Positions 42,001 through 51,000 of a stretch of DNA of 64,000 nt are shown piece by piece; position 1 is the stretch's first letter, and each line of letters begins with the position of its first letter. The stretch spans positions 174,902,001 to 174,966,000 of the forward strand of contig OZ024741.1 of the NCBI GenBank assembly GCA_964016885.1, read 5' to 3'. Made by a program: the position numbers and the translations under genes. Below the pieces are notes generated by a model. The model saw only the letters and a list, made by a program, of their open reading frames with translations. It was not told where the DNA came from and searched no databases. Source of the DNA: Eledone cirrhosa (taxonomy: Eukaryota).

Positions 42001-45000
42001 GTGTTGGGCTGGTAAAGGAATGACTAGTTTGAATATAATATTCTTGTACTTATATTTATTGATTTCCCATCTAACCCATGCTAGCGTGGAAGAACGGACG
42101 TAAAACGGTGATGATGATGATGATCTCTCTTTTAGCAACTTTTTTGAAAGTCACTGAAGAGGTATAATAAGGCTGAAACATCTTGAGAATAGATTGTAAC
42201 TTCTGAAATTATTTTTTTTTTATATTTCAGAGTTAAAGAAGAATTATCTAATAGCAGTGTCTCATTTATTAACATTTCTACCACACCAAGTTCTTGTTTC
42301 AAAACTACCGCCTGTAAGTATTACATTTCATTGAAGGAGAGCAATCAAGTAAATGAATGAGCCTCTACCTAGTCATTCATCCCGCTAGAAATAACAACCA
42401 AATTCTCCTTGAAATCATACCCTATTATTTTAAATAAGGAATGGCCATATTAAATGAGAGGTTTGCTTTCCTAATTGTGTATTGCAACACTTTAGTGAAG
42501 GGCAGTAAATTGGCAGAGTTGTTAGAGCGTCAGATAGAATGCTTTGCGGTATTTGTTTCGGTTCTCTACTCTCAGAGCTAAAATCTTGCCGAGGTCAACT
42601 TCACTTTTCATGCATTCGAAGTCAATAAAAATTACCTGTCAAGAAGGCCTCACAGCAACCATGCAACATCCATTTTAAGAAAAATCTTTGCCTGCTTTGG
42701 GGCCCCAAAGAATTCTTTTACTACCTTGCAAAAGTTCTCTTGAGGCCCTGCCTACCATAGGGTTGGTACCTCTGCTTTGAGTATCAACCGTGTCTGCTGA
42801 CAATCTGTCCATCCCTTCTAAGCAGGGAAAGTGGATGTTAAACAATGATGCTGGCTGGTGACATGATAATATTTAATTGTTTATTTACTAATTTTGTGTC
42901 TTTAACAAAACTTAATGTCTCACAAAAAGCTCTGCATTAGATAATATACTTCTACATGTGACATAGAAACTCCTTCAGCAACATATAGTGGAAGAGACAG
43001 AATTAGGTAAAGTCATGTATTTTCCTCAGGTTATAAAATTTTGATCTTTTTCAAATATTTGAATTATTTGAAGATGAGAATATAGTTGAAGAAAGAGGCC
43101 TTTAACCTTTTCTTTACCCTATTCCTAATGAAATACACTGCTTATGAATTTTATTTAACTCTGAAAATAACCAAAAATTTAGAGGAATTTAATAAAATAA
43201 CTCCACTTTTCATTAGTAAGATCAAATTTAGAAAATTACTTAATAAAAAATTCATAAAATATAATTATAATAGAAGGATTTAATATAATTTTAACCATTT
43301 TAAAATGATTAGTTTTGTATCATAAATCCAGGGCAGTTTCAAATGGTTTGGTATCAAAAGAGTTAAAACAAACAAGCAGAATAATACTTCTATTTTGATG
43401 CATAAGTTTATAGATCTTCATAGCATTATGGTTAAGATTTTGAATATATCTTTGATTGTATTCCTTAGTTAAGCTTGTTGAAAGTGTAACACTAAAACAC
43501 ATCATGTTGCTGTTATTTCTGTCACTGCTATCATTGTTGATGTTCATGTGACTGATATTGTTAATGGTGTTGATATTATTTATATCAATGGTTTTTGTTG
43601 TGGTGGAAATGGTATTAGTGACATTGCTGCTGCTGTTATTATTGTTGTTTTTGCTGTTTGTTGCCTTGTCACTGTATGTTTGTTGAGTGATGACATTGCC
43701 AGCACGTGTGTTTTTTTTAAAGGAAAGACAGTGCAAAAGAGAGGAAGAATATTTTGATGCCATGTTTTTTGTTCTTTAACTTTATTAAAACAAATGTTTT
43801 TTTGTGATTTCTGCCCTTAGGGCAGAAATGAATAATGTTTGACTGATCTTCTAAAAGGCGGGTGGGTTTCATAAGTCACAAAAACAAAATTGAGTCTTTT
43901 TTAGAATCACAAAATAGCTTTAAACCAGTATATTTAATTTTATTAAAAGATGTCTTGGAGAACCCCAGAATTTCTTTTTGTAGAACCATAAATCCTGTAT
44001 ATCCCTGATGATTTTTCCTTTCTTTCTTTCTACCAGTTGGTAACCAATGTTGGTGTTAGCTGTGATTTTGATAACAAACTCTCTGTCTTCTATCAGTTGG
44101 TACCAATGTTTGATAACAATAAACTCTTTCTTTCTACCAGTTGGTACCAATGTTTCATGATAAACTCTCTCTGTCTTTCTACCAATTGGTACCAATGTTT
44201 GATGATAACAAACTCTGTCTTTCTACTAGTTGGCACCAATGTTTGATGATAACAAACTCTCTCTTTCTACCAATTGGCACCAATGTTTGATGATAACAAA
44301 CTCTCTCTTTCTACCAATTGGTACCAATGTTTGATGATAACAAACTCTCTCTGCCAATTGGCACCAATGTTTGATGATAACAAACTCTCTCTTTCTACCA
44401 ATTGGCACCAATGTTTGATGATAACAAACTCTCTCTTTCTACCAATTGGCACCAATGTTTGATGATAACAAACTCTGTCTTTCTACTAGTTGGCACCAAT
44501 GTTTGATGATAACAAACTCTCTCTGCCAATTGGCACCAATGTTTGATGATAACAAACTCTCTCTTTCTACCAATTGGCACCAATGTTTGATGATAACAAA
44601 CTCTGTCTTTCTACTAGTTGGCACCAATGTTTGATGATAACAAACTCTCTCTTTCTACCAATTGGTACCAATGTTTGATGATAACAAACTCTGTCTTTCT
44701 ACTAGTTGGCACCAATGTTTGATGATAATAAACTCTCTCTTTCTGCCAATTGGCACCAATGTTTGATGATAACCAACTCTCTCTTTCTACCAATTGGCAC
44801 CAATGTTTGATTATAACAAACTCTGTCTTTCTACTAGTTGGTACCAATGTTTAATGATAACTTTGATAGGTTTCAGCCAGTATTGGCCCAGGACATGTCT
44901 AACTTAATAGCACCACCTAATAACAAACTCTTTCTTTCTAACAGTTGGTACCAATGTTTGATGATACCAAACTCTCTTTGTCTTTCTACCAATTAGTACC

Positions 45001-48000
45001 AATGTTTGATGATAAACTCTCTCTTTCTTTCTACTAGTTGGTACCAATGTTGGTGTTAGCTCTGATGTTTGATGATAATAAACTCCAGATGTCCACAATG
45101 ACAACGATGAAGACTGTGTTGGATGAAAGTCCAAATCTTTTGGCTCAGCACGTTAACCTGGTTGTACCAAAGTTAATCAAACTCTCTGAAACAAATGCTT
45201 CGATGGTAATTAACCTTTTTTTTAAAATTAAAAATTTGTTTAAATAATATTATAGATTAATATTTAAATTGAAAAGGGAGGAGGAATAGAGTACAGGACT
45301 AGTAATCTTACCTCCATCAATTGTCATTAAGAAATGACAAAAATCTCTGTGCTCCATAGGGAGCAAAAGGAACCAAAAAAGATGTTTATTTATTTCACTA
45401 TTTCATTATCATATTTCTAATGAAATTTGAATTAATTAATAAAGAATTTAGAGGGATTTGCTAATTATATTGTTATTAGGAATATATTTGTATATATTCT
45501 TATAGAAAATTATGTTGAAAATGTTTAGTTTAATTCTTTCATGACCATATTTCTAATGAAACACAGTCTATTTCAATTAGTTAATGAAGAATTTTGAGGG
45601 ATTTACTAAAATTATCAATTATTTCATTACTAAGATAGTAACTTAATGTAAGGTTCTTATATAAAATCATTTTGGAAGATTATAATTAAAATTGGAAACC
45701 TTTTAAATGGGTGGTCTTCTTTCTTTTTGGCAGGGTTAGCAACAAAAGGGTTAAATTGGTACCTTTTGAAATGGTTGGTTTTGTTCCATAGAACCAGAGC
45801 TAGTTTGGGTGTTTTGGTATCAAAAAGATTAATAAAAAATTTTGAGGAATTGACTAAAAATATAAATTCTTTCATTACTAAGATGGTACTTTAAAATATG
45901 GTTCTCATATAAAATTATGGTCGAATAATTTAATTTCAATAGGAATCCTTCAAAATGAGCAGCTTTGTTTCATAGAACCAGAGCCAGTTTTGGCTGGGTT
46001 TGTATCAAAAGTATTAAAAAATTGTATTCATTATTAGACTTGGAAAAAATGCCTTACAGTATTTATCCTGACTCTGGCCTGAGTTCAAATCTCACTAAAG
46101 GTGGTTTTAAATTGAGTGATAGATTAAACTACCACTGAAGTAAGACACATTAGGATTGGAATAGAAAACAAAGATCTGGAATAAATGCTACAAAACATCT
46201 TGTATGCCACTCTAGTAATTCTGCCAATTTGCTGTCCCTTGACTGCTACTTTATTTTATTGATCCTAACAGTATGAAAGGCTAATTTGATCTTGGTAGAA
46301 TTGGAACCCAGAATTCAGAGATCTGCAACAAATACTTGTTTCTACTTTAGGCACAAGGCCAGCAATTACCCAGTGCATTACTGGTACTTTATTTTATCGA
46401 CCCCGTAAGGATGAAAGGCAAAGTCAACATCGGCGGGATTTGAACTCAGATCGTAAAGGGACGTAACTATGGTTGAAAGCATGGCGTCCGACCCTCTACC
46501 GATACTGCCAATCCACCGCCCTGATCTGCAACAAATACTGCAAGGCATTTTGTCCTCTGCTCTAACGATTCTTACAATCTCAAAAATATAATTTTTCTTT
46601 TTTCCCCATATTTTTCTGATTAACTCTAAACATCCTGTAATGATTCAGTAGAAAATATCTAAAAACAGGATTATTTGATTGAAATGCTTATAATATCTTT
46701 ACTGATGGATAGATTGTTGTAAAAAATTTGTAGTAAACTAAAGTAAAAGCTTCAATTTTTAATGTGGTGTAGTCATAGTGTAGCTTTGTACTTTTCAAGA
46801 ATGTTTTGTTAATGCAGTTTTATGTGGTACAGAACATTAAGAATTAATAAAATAAATATATAAATGTAATTCTGATTTTTTTTTTTTTTTTTGGGTTCTT
46901 CCTCAGAAAGTCCGAATTGCTGCTCTAGAATGTTTAGAGAATTTGACACAACTCCCAACAACTACTCTACTACCATATCGGCGGGAAGTCATTCGAGCAC
47001 TTGGTCCTGTTCTAGATGATAAGAAACGCTTAGTAAGGAAGCAAGCTGTCAAAGCCAGAGGAGAATGGTAGGTCTCTTTATTGTTCAACTGGGGCTATAC
47101 TTGCAGTGGGACTGAACTTGTAACCACATGATTCTGAAATGAGCTTCTTAACCACACAGCCATGCCTGTTTTGTTAACCCTTTTGTGATCAAATCTCTAT
47201 TTCAATTAATTAATAATTTTGGGGATGTACTAAAATTATTGATTATTCTATTACTGAGATAATATATTTTTATATGAAATTTTATTAGATTTTGATTTAA
47301 ATAGTAACCCTTTCAACTAGATGGTTTTGTTTCATAGAACCAGAGCCAGTTTTGGGCAGGTTGGTATTAAGAGTTAAATCTTCTTCACTTTACATAAAAA
47401 TTATAAAACTCCCTTTCTGGTTCTGTGGGGGGATATTACTGTTCTGAAACTCATGTAGTGTGAAAACAAAGCAGCTAGTTAGCACAGTTCTCTGTCTAGT
47501 GGCAAGATTTAGCAATTTGAAAGCTAAAAATATTAAATCCTTTTCAGCTTAACATCAAGGCATGAGGCCTACTGGTTATATTGTTGGATTTGCAATCATA
47601 AGGCCATGCGTCAGATTCCTAAACTGGGCAGTGCGTTGTGTTCTTGAGCTTGCCACTTCAATCAGACTGGGCTCCTATCATTAAAACACTTCAGAAACCT
47701 TGTAGGAAGCCAGCTAAACATGTAGAGGTCTAGCTGTAAATTAAATTTTTGTTTTTATCTTAAGAATTTTGTTATGTAAAATTTTATAATTTTCAAATCA
47801 AAAATTTGGATGGATTTAATAATATAACTTTCTCATTAGTAATCTGATGTTTATAACATAGCTTAAAAGTTTTTACATAAAATTATGATGGAAAATTTTT
47901 AGATAAATATAAACACATTAAAATATACAGTATCTCTATCATAAAACCAGAGGCAGTTTGAACCAATCTTCAATCTTGTTAATGAGATATTTCTTAAAGA

Positions 48001-51000
48001 CTTGATGTAAGTTATCTATAGCTGAAACTTTTATAGATTGTTATATAAGAATGAATGCATTCTTGCATATTTGTGATATCATTATCATGCAGTAAGGCTG
48101 TAGCTAAGCTTTTTAATGTAAAGACCTTATATGGGGGAGCGGTTTGGTAGCGTGTTAAATGTGGATTGTCTGTGGTGATAATGCTAGAAGAGATTCTAAA
48201 CACAAGTAGTAGTATGAAAACTTCAACTGGAGCAGATACTATTGTACTACAGGTTATTAGACTGCTTTGCCACTTGTACAGATTATAACACTTAGTGTTC
48301 TGTGTGGAGAGAGGTATTGGGAATAGGTTAAGAATTTAACTCTTTCCATTAGAGATTTGTTACTGACCTGAGAGTATCATCATCATTATTTATACATTTT
48401 TTTCTGAAACATGGATTGGTCAAGATTTTTTTGAGGCAGTTTTTCCATGGCTGAATATTCTGATGCCACCCCATACTACATTTACAAGTAAACTTAGCCA
48501 AAACTAAAGTGTTAGTGAGTAGAAAAGAAGATAGAACCCTGATTCCTTCAGGGAAGTGGCTCTGCTCAATATGTAGAAAAGGAGTAGGCATAAACTCCAT
48601 ACAATGTACACAATGTAAATGTAAGTCTTGTGTACACAAGAGATGTAGTGGGATAACAAGTAGACTAACAGGAAAGGAAGACTTTGTATATCGATGCACC
48701 AGGGTAATTGAGGGGAAGAGCATCAATGATATAAATCTTTTCCAGTCACAAGAAGGGTTCATAGAAGTGGTTGATAGCTTCTGTTATCTAGGTGACTTAA
48801 TTAGTAGCGTAGGAGAGCATAATAGCCAGAATAAGGATAGGATGGAAAATGTTTAGAGAACTATTCCAACTGTTGACGATAAAAGGTTTCTCCCTACAAG
48901 GACGACTGTATGATATCTGCGTGCGAAGTGCCATGCTTCAGGATAGTGAAATATGGGTTGTGATTGCAGAGGTCATGTGTAGACTGGAGAGAAATGAAGT
49001 AACTATGCTTTGTTGGATGTGCAATATAAGTGTGAGAAAGGCAGAGCTTGGACGAGCTGAGGGAGAAGCTGGGTTTAAGAGGAATCTGAAGTGGTGTGCA
49101 GGAGAGAAGACTGTTGGTATGGGCATGTGATGCACATGGATGATAATTGATAGGTGAAGAAGTGCCAGGAAATCTCAGTGGAACAAAGCTGCAGTAGAGA
49201 TAGAAAGACGTGGGCAGAGGAGATGATGAAGGAATATGGCAGGTGGAGAGATGCAGTGCTGAGAAGGACCCGTCTAACACTTACAAGTTTGTAAAAACAG
49301 ACGTACAAAGATAATGATCTTTGCTGAAACATTACACTGAGGTACAATATTGTTTACATAAGACATAAACAATTATCACTACTTGTTTTAAAAGTTGATA
49401 AACTGATAGAGAAGTGGTGAATTGGCAAACTTGGATACCATGCTTTGAAGTGTTGGTTGTGACTTTCTACAATCGGAGTTCAAAACCTAAATTGGTCAAC
49501 TTTGCCTTTCATATTGAAGTCAATAAAAATGTACCAGTCCAACATAGGGGTGGATTCTTTCTCTATATCTCTTTCTCACTCACTCTCTCCTTCTCCAGAA
49601 GAAATCAGCTGTGTTCAGACTGAGAGAGGGATTGGCGCCACCAAGTTTAAAATGCCCCAAAACTCAATATGTCAGGATAGCACCCTTACGACTACTTTAG
49701 AGTTATAGGGTTCATACATACCTATATCATCATCATCATCATCATCACTGTTTTACATCCGTTCTTCCATGCTAGCATGGGTTAGACGGGTTGTCCTGTT
49801 GTGGGCAGTGTCTGGTCGGCTGACCATGCCTTGCTCATACAGGAACTGATTTTGGCTTTATTTCTACAGCTGGATGCCCTTCCTAACACCAACCTCATTT
49901 ACAGTGAGTGCTGGGTGCTTTTTTCCATGGCGCCTACACGTCCACTTTACAGTGTGGGCTGGATGCTTTTTTTGCCGTGGAAACCTCCACGGCCACTTTT
50001 CAGTGGGAGGGTGTGGGGACATATTGTCTATATGCTTCAGCTTGTACCCATGGGAGGTCGGGTACTCTGTATTACTGTGTGACGCCAGAGGTCATGGTCG
50101 TGTGTCATCGCCTTTGAGAGGTGTAATTGGGTAAGGTCGGCTTTTATCACCTCATCCCAGGTCTTCTTGGGTCTCCCCACTGCGGTTTCCATTGACTTCT
50201 AGTGCTCTGCTCTGCACCTTTTTATGCAGCTGTCATCCTTCTTACGCATCACATGTCCATACCAACGCAACCGCCTCTCCTGCATACAGCATTTGATTCC
50301 TCTTAAGCTCAGTCTCTCTCTCAATTCGTTTATGCTTTGCTGTTCGCATATATTACTATTACACATCCATCGGAGCATGCAGGCTTCGTTTCTTTCTAAT
50401 CTACATAAATCTTCCACCTTCAGCGCTCACTACCATGTAACATTGCTGTTCGGATACATGCATTATACAGTCTGCCTTTCATTTTGAGGGAGAAGCCTTT
50501 TGCAGTTAGCAGTGGCAGTAGTTCCCTGAACTTCTTCCATCCCGTTCTTACCCTAGTTATTGTACTTTCTGAACACCCACCTCCGCTGCTAATTCGGTCA
50601 CCTAGGTAGCAGAAGCTGTCTACTGTTTCTACAGGGCCCTCCCAGAAGCTGTCTACTGTTTCTACAGGGCCCTCCCAGAAGCTGTCTACATATAAGTACC
50701 TCCCAGAGATTGGTGGTACTTATTTCCTGTGGCTGTTTGGTCTTTTATCCAGAAACAGTACAACCTGGACAATATCAAAAGTAACCTTTTAATGATGATC
50801 GGGTGTGTTATGAGTGAGATTTATCAGCTCATCTTAGCATGTAGAGGGTCCATTGTAAATATTTTTGTAACTGATGTAACATTCCCTAAATGATTCCACC
50901 CCTACTGGTTTGTGTTACCTATCTCTAATGTACCAACTTTAGTATATATGGCTTTTGCAGGAAAAAAGTACTTTAAAATGCTTGTTTGTCATCATTTTAT

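Noticed and set aside
44037-44950. Overlapping 60-77-aa ORFs, or tandem mutually exclusive exons
   Set aside because: These are translations of the 44-bp repeat; I found no convincing donor sites that would define separate cassette exons.
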